Part shown: positions 12,301 to 24,700 of the stretch, one piece after another
Position numbering within the stretch: the stretch's first letter is position 1
Layout: each line of letters starts with the position of its first letter
Source: Saccostrea cucullata
Taxonomy: Eukaryota
Length of the DNA stretch: 64,000 nucleotides
NCBI RefSeq assembly: GCF_032062105.1
Contig: NW_026928016.1
Location: forward strand, 62,001-126,000
Direction: 5' to 3'
Position numbers and translations under genes: made by a program
The notes under the pieces: generated by a model
Databases searched by the model: none
The model's input: only the letters and a program-made list of their open reading frames with translations
Told to the model about the DNA's origin: nothing

Positions 12301-15300
12301 AATGATTTTGGGTCAAGTTCATTTCACTCCCCTGGGTTATTGGATATCCATAAACATACCAAGTATGAGCTTCCAATAATACTCCATTACAAAGTTAGAG
12401 CCCAAACAAGATTGCACGGACAAAAAACAAGATGATTTCTTTATACTGAATAAAGTGCCGCACCACAGCATGATACGCCCATCAAAAAAATACAATTTTC
12501 TTGAACAGTTTAGCCATGCAAGAAAATCACATCAACCTTGATTCTAAGATTTCCAAGATTTTTCCATTCCAGACTTCAAATATTTATCCATTCCCTGTGA
12601 TGTAGGCATTAATTATAATAAATATTACATCACTGATAGATTTGAATTTTTCTATGCTGGTTGTGTTAGACCTTGTCAAATGTCCATCATACTAAACAAT
12701 ATCAAATTAGTCTTAACACCTTAATCTATACCAAATTAATTTCGAAAAGAAAAGGCTGGCCACCAAATGACATATGCTATAAACTAGGGATGTCAACGAA
12801 TATTCGAATATTCGAATATTCATTCGATGAGTTGATATTCGAATATAAATTTATAATTCGAATATTCGTTTTTAAGTATACAAGCATTAAAAAGAGAGAA
12901 AAAACTGGAAAGTTTTATTAGAAATTGAATCAAGTTTGTAGAAAGAAAAAAAACACTCCTTTTGGATTACCTTAAAGGTGTGAAGTGTGTATCTAAGAGT
13001 AATTTATTTATTTGTTTACTTAATTAGTGGTATAATAGTGTCCAGTATTAACAATCAACTTTGTATTGTTGTAAGGACCCAGTTTTACAGTAAACACACA
13101 GACTTCTTGTTAATCTAAATATCATTAAAAATCATAATCAGGAAATTATTATTTTCAAAAAGTAATTGCTTTTAATATTTCACCATTAGATAATTGTTCT
13201 GCCTGGTATAAATTTGTAGGAGTTATCAGTGCAGACTTTAGTAAGACGATCAATTAATCTGGAACATACTAAAGAATCTTTTGAATTTTCAAAAAAAACA
13301 AAACAACAATCATTACATTTTGGATGTATACTATTCAATGATTTTAAAAAAATACATAATTGTAGTGCATATTTTGAACTCTACATGAGTTTTTATTCCA
13401 AAATAATGGCATAAAACCTATACTGTTTGACAGGAGAGTGAAGATATATATTTAATAATGCAAGATGTATTTATTTTATCGAATATTCGAATATATTCGA
13501 ATACTCCTATCGAATATTCGAATATCAATTATTGACAATTTTGACATCCCTACTATAAACTGACCAGCACTTCTTCTGTCTAACCCCCAAAGGATACAGA
13601 TAAGACTGCTTGATCCGAGTGATTGAGACAGCTGGCCTTCCTACATTGAACTCATTAATTAATCTTTAACTGGATGCTTGTCTACTCATTACTACCAAGA
13701 GATGAATGGGTCTGCACTATCTACCATAATTTTTTTTTAAACATATAAAATATTCTCAGATTTTTTTTGGTTGAGATTTAATGTCCGACAGGTTTTAATA
13801 TGTAATTCATATGGACATGCTGATTCCACCCCCACCCCCATAAAATTAGTTTTTAAATTAATAATATTATATAAAATCAGATTAGTCTATTATGCAATAT
13901 CAAATTAGTTTTAATTACTTTTCATCAAATTTTAAAACTTAGGCTAGCCAACAAGAGCTATTTTTAATCCAACAGGCTTACCCATCTGCCCAATACCCAA
14001 GGGATATAGATAACACCGATGCTCTATCAGTTAGATCCTCACACTCAAAACTCATTAATTTCTCTCTAATTTGACATGCAAATTTCTGTTATCAAAATTC
14101 TTCTTGGCCAGTGCTTGATAATTACACTCAAGGGAGAGGTAGGATTTCTCTAACATACATTATATTTGTTATAGATTGCTGTCAAGTATATGCTTAAAAA
14201 AATAAGTACATGTACAGTGGACCCTCATTTATCCGGACGCTTTGGTTCCCAGTCAATTTGTCCGGATATGTGAAGCATCCGGATATCTGAATCACCAGTT
14301 AAACAAGACAGAATAACATTTTAAAATTTCGTTCCGATGAAAAATCGTCCGGATACTGAAGCATCCGGATATCTGGCGTCCGGATATCTGAAGGTCCACT
14401 GTATTTTCTTGATTTAACACTTTTTTAATAAGGACAGTGCAATACTCTTACATTATTTGGGATACTTAAATGAATAGTAATAAGACACATTTTTTTTTTT
14501 AAATTTCACTTAAATTAAAGGTCACAGAGACCTTGAAAAAGGTCGCGACACACCTTCTACCAAAGATGCATAAACTGGTCAAGTTTGATGATTGCAAGTC
14601 TTATAGTTTTCTAGTTATGGGCCGGAAAGGATTTTTCCATATAACTTCTTAATAAAAGGTCAGAGTGACCTACTTTTTGTGCACAACACACCTTCTACCC
14701 AAGATGCATCAGATGACAAAGTTTGATAATCCTAGGACTAATAGTATTAAAGTTATGAGCCGGAAACGAAAAAGCTAACAGACAGACGGACAGACGGATG
14801 ACACGAAGCCTATAACATAATACGTCCCGTCTTAAGACGGGCGTATAAAAATCACATATTTTCATAGGGTCAAAATGTGTGTGGTTTGAAGAAAAACTAT
14901 GGGCTCATAGGGATTTGATTTGATGAAGAATTGCTTAGTAGAATGGTTGTGTTTGGAGTGTTTACCTGTTCTGTGAGCTGGGAATGGTTGTGTTTGGAGT
15001 GTTTACCTGTTCTGTGAGCTAGAAATGGTTATGTTTGGAGTGTTTACCTGTTCTGTGAGCTGAGAATGGTTGTGTTAGGAGTGTTTACTTGTGTTTATTT
15101 GTTCTTTGAGCTGGGAATGGTTGTGTTTGGAGTGTTTACCTGTTCTGTGAGCTGGGAATGGTTGTGTTTGGAGTGTATACCTGTTCTGTGAGCTGGGAAT
15201 GGTTGTGTATGGAGTGTTTACCTGTTCTCTGAGCTAGAAATTGTTATGTTTGGAGTGTTTACCTGTTCTGTGAGCTGAGAATGGTTGTGTTTGGAGTGTT

Positions 15301-18300
15301 TACCTGTGTTTATTTGTTGTTTGAGCTGGGAATGGTTGTGTTTGGAGTGTTTACCTGTTCTGTGAGCTGGGAATGGTTGTGTTTGGAGTGTATACCTGTT
15401 CTGTGAGCTGGGAATGGTTGTGTATGGAGTGTTTACCTGTTCTCTGAGCTAGAAATTGTTATGTTTGGAGTGTTTACCTGTTCTGTGAGCTGAGAATGGT
15501 TGTGTTTGGAGTGTTTACCTGTGTTTATTTGTTGTTTGAGCTGGGAATGGTTGTGTTTGGAGTGTTTACCTGTTCTGTGAGCTGGGAATGGTTGTGTTTG
15601 GAGTGTTTACCTGTTCTGTGAGCTAGAAATGGTTATGAATGGAGTGTTTACCTGTTCTGTGAGCTGGGAATGGTTGTGTTTGGAGTGTTTTCCTATTCTG
15701 TAAGCTGGGAATGGTTATGTCTGGAGTGTTTACCTGTTCTATGAGCTGGGAATGGTTGTGTTTGGAGTGTTTACCTGTTCTGTGAGCGGGGAATGGTTGT
15801 GTTTGGAGTGTTTACCTGTTCTTTGAGCTGGAAATGGTTGTGTTTGGAGTGTTTACCTGTTCTGTGAGCTGGGAATGATTGTGTTTGGAGTGTTTACCTG
15901 TTCTTCGAGCAGGGAATGGTTGTGTTTGGAGTATTTACCTGTGTTTACCCGTTATTTGAGCTGAGAATGGTTGTGTTTGGAGTGTTTACCTGTGTTTATT
16001 TGTTCTTTGAGCTGGGAATGGTTGTGTTTGGAGTGTTTACCTGTTCTTTGAGCTGGGAATGGTTGTGTTTGGAGTGTTTACCTGTTCTGTGAGCTGGGAA
16101 TGGTTGTGTTTAGAGTGTTTACCTGTTCTGTGAGCTAGAAATAGTTATGAATGGAGTGTTTACCTGTTCTGTGAGCTGGGAATGGTTGTGTTTGGAGTGT
16201 TTACCTGTTCTGTGAGCTGGGAATGGTTATGTATGGAGTGTTTACCTGTTCTGTGAGCTGGGAATGGTTGTGTTTGGAGTGTTTACCTGTTCTTTGAGCA
16301 GGGAATGGTTGTGTTTGGAGTATTTACCTGTGTTTACCCCTCCTTTGAGCTGGGAATGGTTGTGTTTGGAGTGTTTACCTGTTCTGTGAGCTGGGAATGT
16401 TGTGTTTGGAGTGTTTACCTGTTCTGTGAGCTGGGAATGGTTGTGTTTGGAGTGTTTACCTGTTCTGTGAGCTGGGAATGGTTGTGTTTGGAGTATATAC
16501 CTGTTCGGTGAGCTGGGTAGTGTTGTGTCTGGAATATTTACCTGTTCTGTGAGCTGGGTAGTGTTCGGGCCTGGAGTATTTACCTGTTCTGGGAGCAGGG
16601 AATGGTTGTGTCTGGAGTATTTACCTGTTCTGTGAGCTGGGAAGTGTTGTGTATGGAGTATTTACCTGTTCGGTGAGCTGGGTAGTGTTGTGTCTGGAAT
16701 ATTTACCTGTTCTGTGAGCTGGGTAGTGTTTGGGCCTGGAGTATTTACCTGTTCTGTGAGCTGGGTAGTGTTCGGGCCTGGAGTATTTACCTGTTCTGTG
16801 AGCTGGGAAGTGTTCGGGCCTGGAGTTGTGCTGCTGTTACATCTACAGGGAAGTCTCGACATCTCTGCTTTAAAATGCTGTCCAATGCTATAATAATGAT
16901 TTTTATATATTGTAGTTAAAAAAAATTACAATTGTATTTAAAATTTAAATGACAATTTATTGATTGCAATGTTCCATTATACAGAACAAAAACTGGTATA
17001 GAATGCTCTAGATTCTTTCAGAATATGTTATTTTTAAATTGAATTGTTGTTGCATATTTTAAACATTCCAATGAAGTAATTTAAAGCAATAACCACAAGC
17101 AAATTCGAAGAATTGTGTAGGACCCTGCTTTCGGTGTCTTTGTGAGTGAGATGTCATTTTTATGACATATTGTGTCAAATATAAACTCCCTATCATATGT
17201 CATGTAGAAATTATCACCGAAGTTGAATTTTTTATAAAGGTCAATCAAGAAGGTCAAGGGGTCAGAAATCATAGCATGCTTGGATATATCTTGTCACAGG
17301 TAAAGCACATGTCAAATATGAAAGCCCTTTCTCTTCTCAATCAAAAGTTATAAGGTACAAGACGTGTTTGTAGAACAGTGATGACCCCATATGTCAACAT
17401 AGTGAAGATTAAACTTTTCTTAAATGCAAATTAAATAATCGATACCCAAAGTAGGATTTTCTCACAAGAAATACGATTGTAAAATATGAAAGCCCTAGCT
17501 AGCGATGGGACATCGGTTAATTTTCACAATTGATCATCGGTTGGAATCGGTTACTGCTTCCGATGCGATTTTACCGATTATAATCAGATGTCATAGTTTG
17601 GTATATAAAAAGAAGACTGTTCAATTATTTCATATCATTTCTTTAGCATGAATATATAAAATATGAAATTTATTGTTTTCTTTGTTGTTTTGCTTATTTC
17701 ACACTTTCTACATACATGCATGGTTCAAACTTAACTAAAATTTCCACTAGCCATGTGGGCTCCTAAGTTTAAAGGATAAGTGCACTTAAGCAATGCTTAA
17801 TGGGCCTTTTTATGTGCCATTTACTTTAAAATATATGACCAAATTGTTCTCTTTTGGTAATAGTTAGATACTAGTGGATATTTCTAATTAAAAAGCATGT
17901 TAAGCATCACCTAAATCAGCATGGATTTGAAACAATTAAATATTTTTAAATGCCCATGGATACCCTAAATCCGGAAAAGTCGTACCGAACCTTCTTTGAC
18001 TTTCGTTTATGTAAATCAAGGAGAATAGATATTTAAATCGACACTCGAACAATCTGATGGCGGATCAAAGTCGGAAGTGCAGAATGAATGTTACTTTTTG
18101 CATCAAATCTGTTTTAAAAAATTGAATGAAATTGTGTGAAACTGTAGCCATAATGATCAAACTAAGAAATTAGTACCCTTGCATTTAAAAAAAAAATACA
18201 ATAGTAGTTTCATTGAATTTGAAATTAAAAAAGGAGTGTTTAGGTGGCTTTCAATATTTCAATACCTGTTTCATAGTCTTCCATGAATATTAAAAATGTT

Positions 18301-21300
18301 TGAGACTTTTTTTGAATGATACTACATGTAAACTCTCCTTACCCTCCCGTATTCTTAAAAACATATACATATTATTAGTTACACAGTCAGTTAGTGACCT
18401 AATACGGATTCATACAGGGTCTGAAATGGAAATCCGTATTGGGCGAGATGAAGCCGAGTCCCAATACGGATTTCCATTTCAGACCCTGTATGAATCCGTA
18501 TTAGGTCACTAAATGACTGTGTTATGAATTTATCCCGCTGAAGACCTTTTTCAATATAAAAAAAAAATATTTGTGCATATTATGAAAATATTAAGTTTTA
18601 ATCCAATGACAATCAACATAAAATATCGTTACGGTAACAAGAAATTTCACAAAACTACCTACGTAAACCGTTTCTTAGCCACCATTTTTATTTTCAATAA
18701 CAACGCATCGAACGGAGTTGCATGCCCGATTTTCATATTACGCCTTGACGGAGAAGTAATACGGAAAATTGTGATTAGCTTTTATCCAATCAGTAATCGA
18801 CAAATTTGTCTGAAGCGGGGTAAATATATATACACCCCTACTTATGTTATTGTGATTTAAATTCAAGACACGTGGGTTAGGTTTACCTATTCAAAGGTTA
18901 TAGGGTAAAACCGGTTTTATGAATAAAATTGGCAGTAAACAGGAAATTGCTATAGTCTGTTTTTTCTGAAAACATGTCCTGTGAAAAATGTGTTTCCAGA
19001 ACTTTCTGAGACTTTCATGATTTTCAACAGAAATGGGAGGCTAAAAGGGGTGGGGGTGTAAACAAAAATTAATAACACCTTATCATAGATTAATGCAAAA
19101 ATTACAGCTCAATAGCGACCGATACGCTGGTAAAACAAAATGTATAATTATCATCTACACTGACAAACCTTTGTTTGCCTTATATGGCTGTTGCTATTAA
19201 TGCGCACAGAGCATCTCACCACGAGCAATTGACCAATTGTTGATTGAATACGTTTACGCCAAATACATGTTTACATGTTTACTTCGAACACGTGGTTCAG
19301 GTCAATCTGTGAACATGTCAATGGAGTGCAAAATAAAAAAGAATGTTCTAATGAACAAAATACAAACATTAAAAGCTATGAAAGATATCAAGGGGCTCAC
19401 GGGCGTTTTTAATTTGTTGTTACATTATGTAACTAGAGAAAGATATGTTTCATAAAATGTATACGTAGTTAGTGTCAAGTTCAGAATACCTGCACTTCAA
19501 GGGTAAGGAAAACAAGCAGCTTCTCGTATGCATTTATTAATGGACAAAACATTTTTTACATAACTATGCTCGTGATCATGTGTGTTGGCCAGGGAATCTA
19601 CCTGACAATTGTATTCACCGATGGTACGATAAAGGAATTTATAAAGCGTAAAATTCCTGTAGTATTCGTAGTAACCCATAATGCAATTCTCATTCAGCTG
19701 ATTTGTCAGTTAAAGTCACATTGGTGCCTCCTTTGCTAATCTGACGCCAAAAAATATAGTCCCGGTTCCCATGCACAATATTTGTCCAAAAAGAAATTTA
19801 ATCCATGACAGCAGAAAATTGTATCATAGAGAATATTATAATTTAAACTTGAAATAATTCAAGAGAGATCTACTGAGGTATATTTCTACAGAATGATATT
19901 ATATGGTGGTGAAAACTAAAATGCAACATAACTTTTCTGTTTACCATGTCTCCCCGTGCTAGTCACTTCCTAGCCACATTTCCGTGAATAATTTACCCTA
20001 TCTCACTGAAGGCTCACTAACTCTCGCCAGAGCCACTGTCAGAGCTACTTTGAACTCATTGGGTTTTATAATTTGCAGAACACCAAAAAAGAAAAGGTTC
20101 CGAACACATTAGTAGGGGTGTTAGTGAGCACCTTTGAGGAATGTTTACCTGGGTAGAACTCACGTGACTATAAGTATTTTAAATAATTTATTCCACACGT
20201 GGGTTCAACATAGGTCATACAGGTAAATAGACCTCACTTGCTATAGGAAAAACACTACTTTTTGTACATTTCTAATATCCTAAGTAACAGTTTAATCGTG
20301 TACAAATTTCCTACTTTCACACAAATTTTACAAATGTATTATGCGTCTTTTGTCATTCGCACAAGTTTGTACAAAATAAGGCTCATAGTAAACAAAAGGT
20401 TTTAAATGAATGACCGTTCTTGATTTACTATAGAAAATCACAAATGTCGGATGACCCCTGCCACATTCTATTGTTTTGTTCTTTGTATATTCGTGGATTT
20501 CAGTGGTAAAATTTGTTGAATCGTACGGTTTAAATTTAAATTAAAGATTTGGGATGAAAAAGTTTGCTTAACTTGATTGTTTATTTTTTCACATTTTACC
20601 GGGGCCCATAAGTGCACTCGTTCTTTATAGGACCCTACAGCTAAATCTGTTAAGCCACAATCTCTGTGATTTTTGAACCCTTTGAATACATCACTGGCTC
20701 AATTAAAGTCCATGCATTGATATAATTAAATATAAAAGACACTAATGTGCATTTGTTTAAAATGAAAATTGAAGTTCAAATTACTTTGTAAAAAAAAATT
20801 TGCATCATAGCTAGAAATGAAATTGAATTTAATTAACAATTTTACTATCCTTTTTGCAAGGTTATATACTTAATCCCCTTTTCCTGGTCATTGGACTATA
20901 TATTAATTCCTAACGACACCATCACATGAATAAGAATTTTTTTTAGTTTAAATATTTTTGAAACTTATCTGGAATAAGTAGAAGCCTAATAACACTTCCA
21001 TTTCATAAGACTGCGTAACTGGAAATAATTTAATTGGATATCTACCATGTATAATCGATACACAGAGGAATGGAGGAAATTAGAAAAAAAGACGATCGTT
21101 TTAAAGATTTCACAAATCATGTAGTACTGGTAAATGGATTAGATGAAGGGTATTTACGAACAATAAGACCATGTTACTTTTATTTATTTAATTGATTGGA
21201 AGTTTTAAAGCAAAAAACATGGGGAAAGAGTCTGTTTTCAGTAAGGGGACTGAAACGGTCCTGCATGCAGATGTTTAATTCGCCACATGGGAGAACAAGT

Positions 21301-21748
21301 TATAAATTTTATGAGCCTACACCAAAATTTACTCGCGGTTCCTAAGCACCTTTGCTTCGTGCTAGTGGCAAGTATCAGAAGCACATGCCAATTTTCTTTT
21401 ATTAAAAATAAATAAATTTTAAACTAGAAATAGATAATTCTGGAATGTACCTTATTAGATTAGAAGTATGTTTCTGATGATCAATTATGAAAAATTATAA
21501 TCGATCATCGGAATCGGTAGCATTTTTTCGTCGACAATCGATGTTTTCCGATTATCTGTACAAGACTAGCCCTAGCACCACCTGTTCAAAAGCTATGGCT
21601 AAGGATAAGTTTTTGAAAGGTATAGGTCAAACTCTTAGGTCAAAGGGTCAAAATTGATGGTTTCTTAAGAAAGGTCTTGTCACAAGTATTACCCGGGTAC
21701 ATATGAAAAGTATGAAAGCCCTAACCCTTACCTTTCAAAAGTTATGGA

Positions 21749-21786
<38 letters not shown>

Positions 21787-24700
21787 ATCAAATGGTCAAA
21801 GTTCTTGATATCCAATGAAAGATCTTCTCACAAGGATTACATATGTGAAGTATGAAAGCCCTAGCCCTTATCATTCAAAAGTTATGGCCAAGGTTAAAGT
21901 TTTTTCATAAGTACGGAAATCTCCAAGGTCAGGATAATAAGGTCAAAGATCTTGATATCCAATGAAAGGTCTTCCCACAAAGAATACATATGTGAAATAT
22001 GAAAGTCCTAGTATCTACCATTCAAAAGTTATGGCCAAAGTAAAAGTTTAAAATTTTAGTGTAAAAGTGTGTCAAACTCCAAGGTCAAGGTCAAAAGGTC
22101 AAATTTGGTGTTACCCGAAGAAGGGTCTTGTCACAAGGAATACACATGTGAAATATGAAAGTCATAGTTTCACAATGTCAAAAGTTATGGGCAAGGTTAA
22201 AGATTTTGTTATGGACAGCTAGACAGACATAGGGACAGACTGACAGACGAATGAGATTTAATGTCCCCTCGTTTTTGCGAAATTGGGGGACAATAAAGGG
22301 TCATCAGACTAGTTAGTCTACAAAATTTTAGGTTTTCTGGTTAATTCCTTAGAGCCCCCTATGAAACAAACTGATACTCTACAATTTACATGTACATGTA
22401 TATAACTTTACAATGTCAACAATGCTGAAAATCATTGATATGTACTGATCTATTAGTAAACTCACTATTTCCTATCCTCTTCAGGTCATCTAATAGAATT
22501 CCATTGACTGTACCAGGTGCCTGAAAATATATCAACATCATTAGATAAAAACTATGTCCCTTATGTACATGATTGTCTTATCAAGAGTGGATCCGAAGGG
22601 GAAAAGTTTATAAATAAAAAAGGTAATTTTTCATGTTTGGTCAAACACTCAAAACAGATAAAGATAAAGGAAAACCATTCGGAATCCCCAAAATGGGAGT
22701 ATATGCATGTGCAGATGCTTATAAATGTGCATATTTCATGCAAAAATTAGAGTTTTAACAAAAATTATGGTAAGTTAACAATAAATTGTTCATTTTGCAT
22801 ATATAAAATTACTTGTAACTGATGGTTTATAGGTCTGTAACAGTCTTGTCGAAATCCGTCGGTCCTGTCGGCAAGGCCGGTAAAAATTTGTCTGGACCAA
22901 TAACATTTAAGAAAATGTCGGTCCAGATGACCGTTTGAAAAAAATTGAGCGTAATGCAAATTTAATGAAAGTCGGGATCGGGATGCGTAATTAAAGGTCA
23001 CAAACACAGAAACCAGAAGTCTCTGTCGAGACTGTAGCTCTACTGGTATGTACTTATCAAAAACCATTGCACTATTTTATGTATCTTTGTGTAGTCTACT
23101 TGTGTGCCAACTTATTTTGAAATCAAACTAGAACTGTAGAAAGAGTAGCGTTTTTAAGGAATTTCACAGAAAATTCTATTTTTATTTTTAGTAACCATGG
23201 TAACACCATTCATCGAAATCAGAAACTTATGCACTATTCTATGTATCTTAGGGTAGTCTACTTGTGTGCCAAGTTATACTAAAATCAGACCAAAACTGTA
23301 GAAGGAGTAGTGTTTTAAAGGAATTTCACAGAAAATTCTATTTTTAGTAACCATGGCAACATCGTTCATCGAAATTAAAAACCGATGCACTATTCCATGT
23401 ATCTAAGTGTAGTCTATGTGTGTGTCAAGTTATATTGAAATCAGACCAAAACTGTGGAAGGAGTAGCGTTTTTAAGGAATTTCACAGAAAATTCTTTTTT
23501 TAGTAACCATGGCAACATCGTTCATCGAAATTAAAAACCGATGCACTATTCTATGTATCTTAGTGTAGCCTACTTGTGTACCAAGTAATATTGAATTCAG
23601 ACCAAAACTGTAGCAGGAGTAGCCTTTTTTAAGGAATTTCACAAAAAATTCTATTTTTAGTAATTATGGCAACACCGTTCATCGAAATCAAAAACCGATG
23701 CACTATTCTATGTATCTTAGTGTAGCCTACTTGTGTACCAAGTAATATTGAATTCAGACCAAAACTGTAGCAGGAGTAGCGTTTTAAAGGAATTTCATAA
23801 AAAATTCTATTTTTAGTAACCATGGCAACACCGTTCATCGAAATCAAAAACCAATGCACTATTCTATGTATCTTAGTGTAGTCTACTAGTGTGCCAAGTT
23901 ATACTGAAATCAGACCAAAACTGTGGAAGGAGTAGCGTTTTAAAGGAATTTCACAGAAAATTCTATTTTTAGTAACCATGGCAACACCGTTCACCGAAAT
24001 CAAAAACCGATGCACTATTCTATGTATCTTAGTGTAGTCTACTTGTGTGTCAAGTTATATTGAAATCAGACCAAAACTGTGGAAGGAGTAGCGTTTTACA
24101 GGAATTTCAAAAAAAAATTTATTTTTAGTAACCATGGCAACAATGTTCATCGAAATTAAAAACCCATGCACTATTCTATGTATCTTAGTGTAGTCTACTT
24201 GTGTGCCAAGTTATATTGAAATCAGACTAAAATTGTAGGAGGAGTAGCGTTTTGAAAAATTGTTTACAGACGGACAGACAGACAGACGGACGGACGCCTG
24301 ACGCATTACTATCGCATAAGCTCTTCTGGTCTCTGACCAGTAGAGCTAAAAATGGCCGCATACGCGGCATGTTGACGATAGCCAAGTAAATTTGTTATCA
24401 CAAAGTCATAAAACATGTCATTTATGTCTATGTTAAAGACTCTCTATCCCAAGAAAGGAAACTTGTTAGATTGAAGGCTATTGAAAATAATTAGGGGTAT
24501 TTTGGTGCTGTTATTCATATGACTTTCTCAGAGTCAAAATAAGGTACAAGCATCTGGTCTGACAAAACTTTGACTGGTCCGCCAAAATATTTGACTTTGT
24601 CAGACTAAATGTCTGACAGTGATGAAAAAATTTCGACAAGTCTGCTGTAATGAACTTTTTCACAGGCAAAGATAAGGTTAGGTGTATTGTTGTCATGATA

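Larger units (their letters stand above)
12450..14852 (-). mobile_element. Probable HINE-like element expanded by nested insertions
   Basis: Left end AAAGTGCCGCACCACAGCATGATACGCCC. Right end has a GACA/GACG microsatellite and CCCGTCTTAAGACGGGCGTATAAAAA (subTIR TACGCCC/GGGCGTA). Satellite-like units at 14500-14770. That both ends belong to one element is inferred. Confidence 0.5.
17358..22297 (-). mobile_element. HINE-like element with an internal satellite array, split by a 4-kb hAT-like insertion
   Basis: End ACAAGACGTGTTTGTAGAAC. Satellite units (ATGAAAGCCCTA..CAAAAGTTATGG..AAGGTCAA) continue across the 17500-21568 insertion. GACA microsatellite and terminal hairpin TGTCCCC...GGGGACA at 22262-22292. 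Confidence 0.75.

Noticed and set aside
10114-16826. Regular 41-43-bp repeats as CRISPR arrays
   Set aside because: They are head-to-tail with no unique spacers, there are no cas genes, and the context is eukaryotic introns.
16305-16893. Repetitive ORFs (GVFTCSVSW..., TPGPNTTQLTEQVN)
   Set aside because: By-products of the 42-bp units. The AIDA frame is a different one and splices out at 16790.
17500-21568. Autonomous transposase or cargo gene inside the 4-kb hAT-like element
   Set aside because: Only short ORFs (<100 aa) with no recognisable motifs.
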